DNA from: Zootoca vivipara
Lineage: Eukaryota
Direction: 5' to 3'
Assembly: GCF_963506605.1 (NCBI RefSeq)
Contig: NC_083288.1
Coordinates: 30,070,001-30,134,000, forward strand
Length of the DNA stretch: 64,000 bases
The position numbers and the translations under genes were made by a program. Of this stretch, positions 1 through 10,352 are shown in pieces. Numbering within the stretch: the first letter of the stretch is position 1; each line of letters begins with the position of its first letter. The notes beneath the pieces are model-generated. The model searched no databases. It was not told the origin of the DNA and was given only the letters and a program-made list of their open reading frames with translations.

Positions 1-260
1 ATTTCCCTCCAGCTGCATTGGGGTACAAAGTACTGAAAATTGAAAGTCTATGCATTTCCCAACCAAAAACTTTTAACCTTCCTGTGGCACTTCTGTATGC
101 AGAAGAAGCAACTGATTTTTACCTTTAATAGCCACTAAATGTTGCATCAGCTAACGACAACAGACATGGAAGGTGTGTTATCTTAAGTCTCTTTTTCCAT
201 CTTGGGATCTTACTCCCAAGAGTGCAGCAGAACTGATCGGAAAGCATTGTTTACATTCCT
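1..260. promoter_or_regulatory. Conserved OR-upstream element copy 1 (core 200-221); candidate promoter or 5' exon of an OR left of the window
   Basis: Core TCTTGGGATCTTACTCCCAAGA; flanks near-identical to 25782-26040 and 32897-33160. Confidence 0.45.
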
Positions 261-1221
261 CAGATGGATCTTGTAGCATAGAAATACAATCAATCAAATC
301 AAACTATCACAATTGCTTCCATGTTTCAATTTATTATTGACTTGGTACTGCCCATGCTTCCTTGGAAATTGGAAATGTGTCTTTTTATAATATCCGCACA
401 ATGTTGTCCTCATCAAAATGCCAGTCTGCACTTTTCCCTCCTCTAATATTTATGTGGTAAAATCTGCTAAAACATTTTTTTTAAGAATACCCACCATACA
501 TATGCCTCTCTTGCCTCATCCCTGCTCCCTATCTCTTAGAAATTGGCAAATGACCCTGCCCGATTGAAAAAGTAGCAAGACAGCCAGACCAGGACTCCAG
601 GAGGCAAAATTCATGTGCATGCATTGTGCTTCTCCTGAGACACATGCTGGTGCCTCTACTACTGCATTACAGCATTTCTTTGAATCCTAGCTGGAAGAGT
701 GAGCAAGCAGCAGTGAAGTATACGAAGACAGAACTAGATTTGTGCTATGTCATCAGCCCTTTGCCTCCTAAGATAGTCTGCTGCCTTCATGTGTCTTGTC
801 AGATGTTGTCTCATCTTCCTTGTTTAAGTGGGGAATGGGGGAAGACTAACTCCTCCTTCAGTTCAGCCAACAAAATGTCTGGGATCAGCCCTTATTTATT
901 GGGTGGCAGTCATAGTCTAAGCTGATTTTTGTGATTCCAAATGCAAGAAAAAGGAACTAGTGCAAACATTTGTCCAAATGGTTTATCCCCACAAAAAAAT
1001 TCACCACAAGTGTCTACTACCTTTGAGCAGTATACTTTGGGAAGACTGAGTTAAATATGAGATTGTTTCTGCCGTAAGTGGGGGGGGAGGGAATCACATC
1101 ATAATTTGTGATGTTCTTTTTTAAAAAAAATATTTGTCATGTGTTGGGTGTGCAGCTTCCACCTTTTACAAGTCTAACTTTGGTGTTTCCAACACACAGT
1201 GCTGCCCCTTTATAGTTAGTC

Positions 1222-1399
1222 TTTTCGCCGTGCGCCCGCCGCATGCGCGTTCTGCGCCTGCACAAAGCGGCGCGCACAGTCGGTGCATGCACAGAAGCGC
1301 GAGATCGCGCTTCGCACAAGTGGCGCTTCGACAACCGAAGACTTCGACTTATAAAGACAGCCGCGGAATGGATCGTCTTCATAAGTCAAGGTACCACTG
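1222..1399. mobile_element. Right half of a Tc1/mariner-type MITE
   Basis: CpG-rich body ending aggtaccactg|TA. Confidence 0.55.
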
Positions 1400-1472
1400 T
1401 ATTACTATTCCACTCTAATGACATTGGCTTCAGAGTGTGAAAATTTCTAAGGGAAAAGTCTAGTGTAAGAAA

Positions 1473-2269
1473 TTGTGACCTCCCTAAAAGAGGGCACGTG
1501 TTGCGGTGAGAACTAGAGACTGACCTCTTGGTTGCGGGTGGGTCCATTGGATAGTCACAACACCCGATTAGTAGGTTCCTCAATGCTGGGTTTCAATCTG
1601 GCCAATGGGGTTGCAGTCTAAATGGATCAAGGGACCTATATTAACCCATGCACGTGATCTAGAGCTTCCTCTTTCGGCTTGTGCATCGGAACTCCTGCTC
1701 ACCTTTCCCTAATTTTGGGCCTTTTGCGATTGACCTTGCTATGCCATCATGTGTTGTCTGTTGTTGGAACAGGGGCATGGCAGGAATTTTCCCATGGCTG
1801 ATTGGCTGTTGCCATTTGGGTTTCACCTGCAACATAGCAATTCATCACAACTTGTAAGGTTGTGGATAGGCACTGGTTCATGTGATAGGGATGGGAGAAT
1901 GGTCTCGCCATCCCTATGTGAAGGGTATTCCGTTAAATGAATCTAGGGACTCAACTTGGTTTGGCCAACCCCCAAAAGGGCTTGTGTCCATGCCTGAGTC
2001 CAGGGGAGCATCTGGGGAGTGAATAGAGTCTGCTCCCAGGCTGTTCACCTTCCTCAGGTGTTCACCCTTGGCTTACCTATGATAGAGCTCTGGGTCAGCG
2101 CTACCTGCAAGGGTGTAGGGAGCTAGTCAAACCAGAGCCTATGCAACCACTCACCTTTCTTTAATCAATAAAGTTGTGGCCTAAATTCTGCCAAAAACCA
2201 AAACTAAAATTTGAGTCAAATGTGTCTTTATTTAGGAGGGAGGTCTCTGGGTCTGAAAACGCAATAACA
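1473..2269 (+). mobile_element. LTR-like element
   Basis: AATAAAGTTGTGGCC near its 3' end, shared with other local elements; ends approximate. Confidence 0.45.
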
Positions 2270-2469
2270 GTCTGAGAGGCATACAGGTGGAAAAGAAAGG
2301 AAGCACATTTAGTATGCAAAAATAATCACAATTTTATAATGTAGTAGAATGATAATGTACAAGATGTACCACCATCTAATAAAAATGTGATACTTCAGTA
2401 CTACCAGATACTAGCAGTAATAAGGACATATGGTAGTTATGTCTTGTTTTACTATGTTGTGAACATAAG

Positions 2470-2565
2470 AAAAAAAATAAAAAAATTCCTTCAGTAGCAC
2501 CTTAAAGACCAACTTTTTATTTTCGTATGAGCTTTCGTGTGCATGCACACTTCTTCAGATACCTG
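2470..2565 (-). mobile_element. Penelope-like element terminus
   Basis: cagtagcaccttaaagaccaact...gtatgagctttcgtgtgcatgcacacttcttcaga. Confidence 0.6.
2525..2562 (-). ncRNA. Minimal type-I hammerhead ribozyme (Penelope-like)
   Basis: Reverse complement reads gtat-CTGAAGA-agtgtgcatgcacac-GAAA-gctc-atac. Confidence 0.65.
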
Positions 2566-2678
2566 TAATAAGAAAAAAAGTAATAGTGGGTGAAGAAGAA
2601 TTACAGAAGATGGATGACATGAATAATAAGGTAAGAAGTCCCAGAGCACACTCTAATTGATATTAAATGCTTGCATTT

Positions 2679-2796
2679 TTATAGAACTCTAAATACAGTT
2701 TTAGAAGGCCCAAAATTTAAGAGTTTTTCCAAGGCAGTCTTGATCTCTTTGTTTCCCATGCTGTAGACGAATGGATTCACTATAAGCAGGACAATG
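2679..2796 (-). pseudogene. OR C-terminal relic (TM7 to stop)
   Basis: Minus strand reads IVLLIVNPFVYSMGNKEIKTALEKLLNFGPSKTVFRVL*, matching the end of the OR at 60523. Confidence 0.8.
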
Positions 2797-3356
2797 AAAC
2801 TCTTCAGATGCGGAGGGGGAAAGTTTTTCTTCAGCAATCCCTCAGAGAAGTCGCAACTTCAAACTGGAGATTAGCCTGCCCATTAATTATCAAAAGAACT
2901 ATAATTATTTCCTCCATTGTATTAAAACCCCGAAGAATTGCAGTAGCCACCAGCAAAAACAGAAAATAAAATAATTACAACTTTTGTAGGATGATATAAA
3001 TATATACCTCATGGCATTCCAATCTGGGACAGGACAAAATACACATAAGACTTTGATATCTGATGTTTTGCATTTTAAGTTGGAACCTTAAAAGATGAAA
3101 ATAGAAGGAAACAGAAGCATCCATGTCAAAGGCAAGGAGAAATTGCAAACTTTTGAAAATGAAGTCTGTATTGCTGTTGATATAGTTATTCGTTTTCTGA
3201 TTTTGAACATGAGAAGAAAAATTATGTGTACCAATCTGGATTGTTGCCCCATTTTTGTTTTAATTCCTTAATTCCTTTGTTAGTATGTTACACATTTTGT
3301 GTGTTTTTAAAATAGTATAAACAGCCCTGTGATCTTTTGGTGAAGGGCTGTATAGA

Positions 3357-3395
<39 letters not shown>
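3357..3395. repeat. (AAT)n microsatellite, tail of an L2/CR1-like 3' end abutting V2R exon 1
   Basis: Preceded by gtgaagggctgtatagaa. Confidence 0.75.
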
Positions 3396-3396
<1 letters not shown>

Positions 3397-4001
3397 TATT
3401 CTGGATTGACATTCTAGTAGCATTTCTTCTGATACTGCTTCCTCATATGGCATGCAAGGACCACATTCTTAACTGCATGGTTAAAGATCCACACCCTCCA
3501 CTTCATGACTATCAACAGCCAGGTGACCTCTTCATTGGTGGAATTGTTTCCCAGAGCATAGGTAAAGGGACCCCTGACCATTAGGTCCAGTCGTGACCGA
3601 CTCTGGGGTTGCGCGCTCATCTCGCATTATTGGCCGAGGGAGCCGGCGTATAGCTTCCAGGTCATGTGGCCAGCATGACAAAGCCGCTTCTGGCAAACCA
3701 GAGCAGCACATGGAAACGCCGTTTACCTTCCCGCTGTAGCGGTTCCTATTTATCTACTTGCATTTTGACGTGCTTTCGAACTGCTAGGTTGGCAGGAGCT
3801 GGGACCAAGCAACGGGAGCTCACCCCGTCACAGGGATTCGAACCGCCGACCTTCTGATCAGCAAGCCCTAGGCTCAGTGGTTTAACCACAGCGCCACCTG
3901 GGTCCCTATGCCACCTGGGTCCCTATTTCCCAGAGCATAATCGTCTCCAATTTCATACATTTCACAGAAGTACCACCACAGACTCTGCATGAAGAGCTTC
4001 T
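3396..4001 (+). CDS. V2R exon 1 (signal peptide and start of VFT domain), split by a SINE
   Basis: VFWIDILVAFLLILLPHMACK...DYQQPGDLFIGGIVSQSI (3396-3560) continues IVSNFIHFTEVPPQTLHEEL (3940-4001); donor GTAAG at 4002. Confidence 0.8.
3561..3925 (-). mobile_element. Sauria SINE inside V2R exon 1
   Basis: tRNA-like head (GGTTCGAATCC B-box), ACCTTT-type tail, perfect 14-bp TSD tttcccagagcata (3547-3560 and 3926-3939), 16-bp 5' duplication. Confidence 0.9.
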
Positions 4002-4481
4002 GTAAGGAGTTTGTTTTTAATGCATTATTCTTTCTGTCAATTGAGTGATGTGTCTTGGGAGTTGCGACCTGAGTATTTCTCACTTTTAATAGTTTTCACT
4101 GTGGGACCTCTAACTAATATTGTTTGCAGCACCAGGCACTCAGTTAGCTGCAATGCAGAAGTACTCCAACTTTCATATGGTTTGCTTATTTAATCTTCAT
4201 ATAGCACCACTAAGACAAGGGTTGCCTCAATACATTGCCTATTTAAAAGCTCTAGTAATGAAGATGGTGATCATCTTACAAGAAGCTGTACACAGGTGAG
4301 GGGAAACATTCAGCCAAGGTCCGTATTCACCCTTTGCCTCTAGAGTCACATGCCGGGATCTCTAAAATCTCTTGTGTACAACATTTACATGCACTGTACC
4401 AAACACACACATGCATAATGGACACACACACAAAACACACATGCATACACATACCCCTCTTCATTGGGGAGATGCCACCTG

Positions 4482-4907
4482 TAAGGGATGGTTAAAAATC
4501 CCAGGAATGGAGATATGTGGAGGATTATTTTTGTAATGAAGGTATAAATTCAAAATTGGTTATTTGCTTTGGTTAGTTCACACAAGGAGTTAATCAGATA
4601 TTTAATATGTGGACAATGAGACAATGAGATAGGGAATAAGAAGTTTATAAGGGAGAAGCATAGTGGAGTTTATTTGTAAATAGGGAACTGATATGGAAGT
4701 GCTGGGAAGTTTGTTTTGTGTTTTGTGTTTTATGTTCTTTTATTATGGGTTTTTTTCTTCTTCTTTTTCTTTCTTCTCTTTTCTGTATTATAAGTTTCTT
4801 TAATTTTTTATAATTTGGGTATTTTTGGTGTATTTGTGTGGTATGTTGATTTATGTTGATTTTATGTTTAATAAGAAATAAAAATATTTTTAACTAAAAA
4901 ACAAAAA
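4482..4907 (+). mobile_element. L1-like 3' end in V2R intron 1
   Basis: T-rich 3' UTR, AATAAA and A-tail. Confidence 0.4.
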
Positions 4908-5329
4908 TCTCCCTTCTCCTGCCCTCTCAGCTGATACCGCAAATATGGTTTGCTCATTTAACATATTTCAATGTGTGCACTGTATTGTTGCTTCTTTGGA
5001 ATTGGCCTTTTGACAAAATAAATATATGCTTTTTGCCAATCCTGGATGGAATTGGACAAAAATAGGTGGTAGGGCAGATATGCTCCTCTGCTTGGCTGAA
5101 ATCAGAAGAGCCCTTGCAGCTGCCTCCTTGCTCCAAGCATGCTTTGGCAGCCCAGTAATGATAGGACACTGAAGCAGATGGTGGCTTTAACCCTGTCAAT
5201 TTACTCCACTGCTGGGGAAGGAGAATTGCTGAGAAAGCTTTATGAGTTTGATCTGGTTGTCTTTGGCCACCAGTGTCCTAGCCCTACTGCAGAATGACAT
5301 TCTAATACAGAACACATCTCTTCTTCTAG

Positions 5330-5621
5330 TGTGGTGACAAAGAATTACCAACACATTCTCACCTTGGTGTTTGCAATCAAAGAAATAAATGAAAACCCTC
5401 AGATGTTACCCAACATCACCTTGGGTTTCCGCATTTATGACAGCTATTTCACTGCCAAAAGCACCTACCATGCTACAATGCTCCTTATATTCACACCATG
5501 GAAACATTTCCCAAACTACAAATGTGACATTCAGGATCACCTCATTGCAGTTATTGGAGGACTGGACCCACTGACCTCCTTTCACATGGCAACAGTCTTG
5601 GATATTTACAAGATTCCACAG
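5330..5621 (+). CDS. V2R exon 2 (292 bp)
   Basis: Acceptor ttcttctag, donor cag|gtagg; [33 protein letters not shown]...YKIPQ. Confidence 0.92.
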
Positions 5622-6034
5622 GTAGGGCAGATCCTTCCAGATTTTTAGAGGCGGACACACGGGAAATGTGACAGAAGGAGGTACAATTGGAGCAAATAGA
5701 CAAATTTTTCTTTTTAAGAGATGGACATCAAATCTAAGCCAAGTAATACACCCCACAGGAATTGATCTGTAAAATCTGAATTAGTGGAATGTACTTTAAA
5801 AGCAGAAACTTATCATGGGTCCTGTGGAGACATAAATCAAGACACAATGTGGTTGCCAGGATAGGTCTGAAGGGGAGAAGGAGGGAGCCTCTACTTTGGC
5901 AGAAGGGGGAACATCAGGACAGTATTTTCAATGAGTCCTACCCCGTTGTCATCAGGGATCCTGGAAGTAGAGTGGGAGTCAGAGGGGTCCTCTTCCACAC
6001 CTCATCTGGAAAGTGAATTTCCCCCATGAGTAGA

Positions 6035-6372
6035 GTAAAGGTAAAGGGACCCTTGACCATTAGGTTCAGCCATGACCGACTCTGGGGTTGCGTGCTCATC
6101 TCACGTTATGGGCCGAGGGAGCCGGCGTACAGCTTCCAGGTCATGTGGCCAGCATAACAAAGCCGCTTCTGGTGAACCAGAGCAGCACACGGAAACGTCG
6201 TTTACCTTCCCACTGTAGTGGCACCTATTGATCTACTTGCACTTCGACGTGCTTTCGAACTGTTGTTTGGCAGGAGCTGGGACTGAGCAACGGGAGCTCA
6301 CCCCGTCACGGGGATTCGAAACGCCAACCTTCTGATCGGCAAGCCCTAGGCTCTGTGGTTTAACCCACAGCG
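6035..6372 (-). mobile_element. Sauria SINE (V2R intron 2)
   Basis: Homologous to the 3561 copy. Confidence 0.85.
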
Positions 6373-6550
6373 TGCTGCGTAAATTTTGAGTAACTTGTCA
6401 CTCAAGCCACAATGCTGCATGGGAAAAGTACAATTTTAATGTTCCATAAGAATCGTTCATTTGATGATTGTAGATTAATGTGAAGACTTAAAATAGGAAA
6501 AGAAAAGAAAAACTTCTCTCATTCTCTATTCCCCTTCACACCTCTTTTAG

Positions 6551-7396
6551 CTCATATATAGCCCTGCTCCAGTGATGAATGACAAAACCCCAGGCCTTTC
6601 TTTTTACCAGATGACACCTCAGGAAGCAATTCAGTATGCAGGAATTCTCTCTTTACTTCTGCATTTTAAGTGGATATGGATTGGAATCCTTACCTCCAAC
6701 GATGAATATGGAGATAGATTTGTCCAAACTGTATCTCCACTTTTCTCCCAAGGTGGTATCTGTTTTGCCTTCATAGAAAGAAGCCACAAACAAACAATTG
6801 TCAGTGAAATTAATAGTATGTTTACTCAGGGGGCAAAAATACATGATAAACTCATTGCGAGTAAAGCAAATGCAGTGCTTGCCTATGCAGAATCTTTGGC
6901 AATTGTTTTTTTGAGATGGCTCTCATACCTATCAGAACACCAACATGTGACAAGTCAAGAAAAAGGTATTGTGTGGATACTGACAGCCCAGATGGAGCTC
7001 ACATCTATCACATATCAAAGGACTTGGAATATAGACATGATCCATGGTGCTCTCTCCTTCTCAATTCACTCCAAGGATCCTTCAGGATTTCAACAATTTC
7101 TTGAGAATAGGAAACCTCTGCATGCAAAAGGAGATGGCTTTATCCTGGACTTCTGGCAACATGCATTTGGTTGTACATTCCCAAATAGAGTAACTGACAC
7201 AATGGATGGGGATTTCTGTACTGGGGAAGAGAAATTGGAGAGTCTTCCTGGGCCCTTTTTTGAAACAAGGATGATTGGCCACAGCTACAGCATCTACAAT
7301 GCTGTCTATGCTGTGGCCTATGCTTTACAAACTATGTTCTCATCTAGACTGGGGGCTGAAAGGGGGCTGAAGCTTTGGAATCTACAGTTCTGGCAG
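6551..7396 (+). CDS. V2R exon 3 (846 bp)
   Basis: Acceptor cctcttttag, donor cag|gtaatg; open frame with LLLHFKWIWIG, FWQHAFGC and YSIYNAVYAVA. Confidence 0.92.
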
Positions 7397-7605
7397 GTAA
7401 TGGACCCCTGAGCTACAGCACATAGACTGTCTATGCACACCAGGCTCAAACTGCTGAGTAAACTGACTCCCAAGCTTCATATGGCTCCCAATTTCCTATT
7501 ACTTCATTTCCATATGAAGTAGGAAAAATCCTGTCTGTATCTAGCTATATCTACACCAATATATTATCTACCCTTTTAGACAATTATATACTCAGAAAAC
7601 TGTTT

Positions 7606-7606
<1 letters not shown>

Positions 7607-7659
<53 letters not shown>
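7607..7659. repeat. (AAT)n microsatellite
   Basis: Direct. Confidence 0.95.
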
Positions 7660-7661
<2 letters not shown>

Positions 7662-7762
7662 ATGAGAATCCATTTGCTTCAGGGTGTATTTTAAGGAAAC
7701 TTACTTATCAAACCTTTATTGGGCATTTTGGGTTTTTTTACGGAAACTACCAGTCAGGAATA

Positions 7763-8115
7763 GGGACACGGGTGGCACTGTGGGTCAAACCACAGAGACT
7801 AGGGCTTGCTGATCAGAAGGTTGGCGGTTCGAATCCCTGTGATGGGGTGAGCTCCCGCTGCTGGGTCCCAGCTCCTGCCAACCTAGCAGATCAAAAGCAC
7901 GTCAAAGTGCAAGTAGATAAATAGGTACTGCTCCAAGCAGGAAGGTAAACGGTGTTTCCGTGCGCTGCTCAAGTTCGCGAGAAGTGGCTTAGTCATCCTG
8001 GCCACAAGACCTGGCAGCTGTACGCCAGTTCCCTCGGCCAGTAAAGTGAGATGAGTGCCTCAACCCCAGAGTCGGTCATGACTGGACCTAATGGTCAGGG
8101 GTCCCTTTACCTTTT
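7763..8115 (+). mobile_element. Sauria SINE (V2R intron 3)
   Basis: 13-bp TSD ccagtcaggaata (7750-7762 and 8116-8128). Confidence 0.88.
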
Positions 8116-8348
8116 CCAGTCAGGAATAACTAAAAAATGTCAAGAAAGCTTCTCAAAAGTAAATTTAACTGTTTGAAAACTCTTTCTTATTTGGTTATTG
8201 CTATAGTTTGAGAGAAGGGGCATAGAGAACAACAACAAATAAGTTTTCATCAAGGAAAAGTGTTTTTATAACTCCCTCTAAAATATTCAATGCACTCCTG
8301 TCATAATGCATCATGCTCTACACTCTTACATTTCCCCTTTTATCCTAG

Positions 8349-8576
8349 TCCCATCACTTTCTGAGAGGAGTCTCCTTTAACAACAGTGCTGGTGACCAGG
8401 TTTCCTTTGACCAGAATGGGGAGTTAGTGTCTGGATTTGACATTTCCAACTGGATTTTTTCTTCAAACCAATCCTTTCATAGAGTGAAAGTTGGACAGGT
8501 GGACCCCCAAGGTCTTCAGGGCAATGTATTCAGCATCAATGAGAGTGCTATAACGTGGCACAGCTGGTTTAATCAG
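8349..8576 (+). CDS. V2R exon 4 (228 bp)
   Basis: Acceptor tatcctag; SHHFLRGVSFNNSAGDQVSFDQNGELVSGFDI...WHSWFNQ; donor gtagg. Confidence 0.9.
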
Positions 8577-8675
8577 GTAGGAGCCAATTGTTAGTAATTT
8601 GAGTTGGCAAGGCCATAGTTTGTTCTTAATTTTGTACTTTAATACTGACATGGACCTCTTTCATTTGTTGATTAG

Positions 8676-8802
8676 GCAAAGCCTCATTCTGTATGTAGTG
8701 AAAGTTGTCGTCCTGGTTTTAGCAAGAAAGTGAAGGAGGGGGATCCATTTTGCTGCTATGATTGCATCCTATGTCCAGAAGGGAAAATTTCAGTCAAAGA
8801 CG
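8676..8802 (+). CDS. V2R exon 5 (127 bp, cysteine-rich domain)
   Basis: AKPHSVCSESCRPGFSKKVKEGDPFCCYDCILCPEGKIS; AG and GTAAG boundaries. Confidence 0.92.
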
Positions 8803-9088
8803 GTAAGAAATATTCTGTCAAATAGTGTCAAACTCTTTTTGATAAACAACAGAGCACGCCAAAAGTAGAGCACCAGAAAGCAGAAGCAAGCGGCAGTACA
8901 GCAGATGCAGGCTACAAGTTTATTGCTCCAAAGGATATTAATCTCACTTGCCTCAATCTTCTCTTTAAACATTAGAGTGTTACCAGATGGACATAGAAAA
9001 AAGTACATAACCACTACTTTGCATTGTATCCAGTTGCCTTGAAGTAGCAGAGATGCGCAGCATAAAGCACCTATCTTTTCCTTTTCAG

Positions 9089-9990
9089 ATATGAACGACT
9101 GCTCTAAATGCAGTGACGTAAGCTATCCAAGCAAGAACCAAGATTCCTGTGTTCCCAGACTGATTTCCTTCTTGTCTTACAATGAACCATTGGGGATGGC
9201 TTTAGCCTTTTTTGCGCTTTTCTCTTCCTTGATCACAGCTCTGGTGCTAGCAGCATTTATGAAGCACCGCAGCACTCCCATTGTCAAAGCCAACAACCGG
9301 AGTCTCACCTACACCCTCCTTGTCTCCCTCTTGCTCTGCTTCCTTTGTTCATTGCTATTCATTGGCCAGCCGCAGAAGGTGACATGTCTTCTCCGACAAA
9401 CTGCTTTTGGAATCATATTCTCAGTGGCTGTTTCTTGTGTGTTGGCCAAAACCACCACAGTGGTCCTGGCTTTCATGGCCACCAGACCGGGATCCAGCCT
9501 GAGGAATTGGGTGGGGAAGTCATTAGCTGACTCCATTGTTCTTTCCTGCTCATTTCTCCAAGCAGGCATTTGCTTTTTGTGGTTGGTAACTTCTCCCCCA
9601 TTCCAAGATGTTGACATTCATTCAGTAAGAGAAGAAATTATATTGGAGTGCAATGAGGGATCTCTGACATTCTTTTACTGTGTTTTGGGCTATATAGGCT
9701 TTCTGGCCATTATCAGCGTCAGTGTGGCTTTCCTTGCCAGAAAGTTACCTGACAGTTTCAATGAAGCCAAATTCATCACCTTCAGCATGTTGGTCTTTTG
9801 CAGCGTTTGGTTATCCTTTATCCCATCCTATCTGAGCTCCAAGGGAAAGTACATGGTAGCTGTGGAGATCTTTTCTATTTTAGCCTCTAGTGCCGGGTTG
9901 CTGGGGTGCATATTTGCCCCCAAATGTTACATTATTGTGTTGAGGCCTGAACTGAATAACAGGGAACAGATAATAAGAAGGAAAGCATGA
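9089..9990 (+). CDS. V2R exon 6 (7TM domain)
   Basis: Acceptor cttttcag; 299-aa ORF with class C GPCR 7TM motifs; stop TGA at 9988-9990. Confidence 0.95.
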
Positions 9991-10352
9991 CATACCCAAA
10001 TGTATCTGGGTTCAGTCATATTATGCTGTGCAGTACCTTTTGGATGCATATGCACTAGTATACCTCTGGGAAATTCACTCTTGGCATTTTCCTATTTGCC
10101 GATCTTCCCTAAAGCTCTCCAAATCATTCTTTTCTCCGTACAGTGGTACCTCAGGTTAAGAACTTAATTTGTTCTAAAGGTCCATTCTTAACCTGAAACT
10201 GTTCTTAACCTGAGGTACCACTTTAGCTAATGGGGCCTCCCGCAGCCGCCGTGCCGCCACCGTGCGATTTCTGTTCTCATCCTGAAGCAAAGTTCTTAAC
10301 CCGAGGTACTATTTCTGGGTTAGCGGAGTCTGTAACCTGAATCGTCTGTAAC

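Larger units (their letters stand above)
3396..9990 (+). pseudogene. Vomeronasal type-2 receptor (V2R, class C GPCR), 6 exons; probably disabled in exon 1
   Basis: Exons 3396-3560+3940-4001, 5330-5621, 6551-7396, 8349-8576, 8676-8802 and 9089-9990 join in frame across GT-AG introns. Motifs include [37 protein letters not shown] and [21 protein letters not shown] sits in exon 1, and no in-frame ATG precedes the hydrophobic signal peptide (ATG 3394 is off-frame; in-frame TGA at 3330). Confidence 0.85.

Noticed and set aside
200-221. CRISPR-like or transposon-terminal repeat reading of the palindromic core
   Set aside because: Copies are kilobases apart in eukaryotic DNA, embedded in longer homologous blocks, with no spacers or TSDs.
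3666-3857. Recurrent MASMTKPLLANQSS ORFs (also 11186, 35732, 45167)
   Set aside because: Translations of Sauria SINE copies.
3561-3933. Rescue of V2R exon 1 by splicing out the SINE (donor-like ag|GTAAAG at 3562, acceptor tttcccAG at 3933)
   Set aside because: Splicing leaves +7 nt (or +5 with the next AG). Joining the SINE donor to exon 2 also has the wrong phase. None restores the frame.
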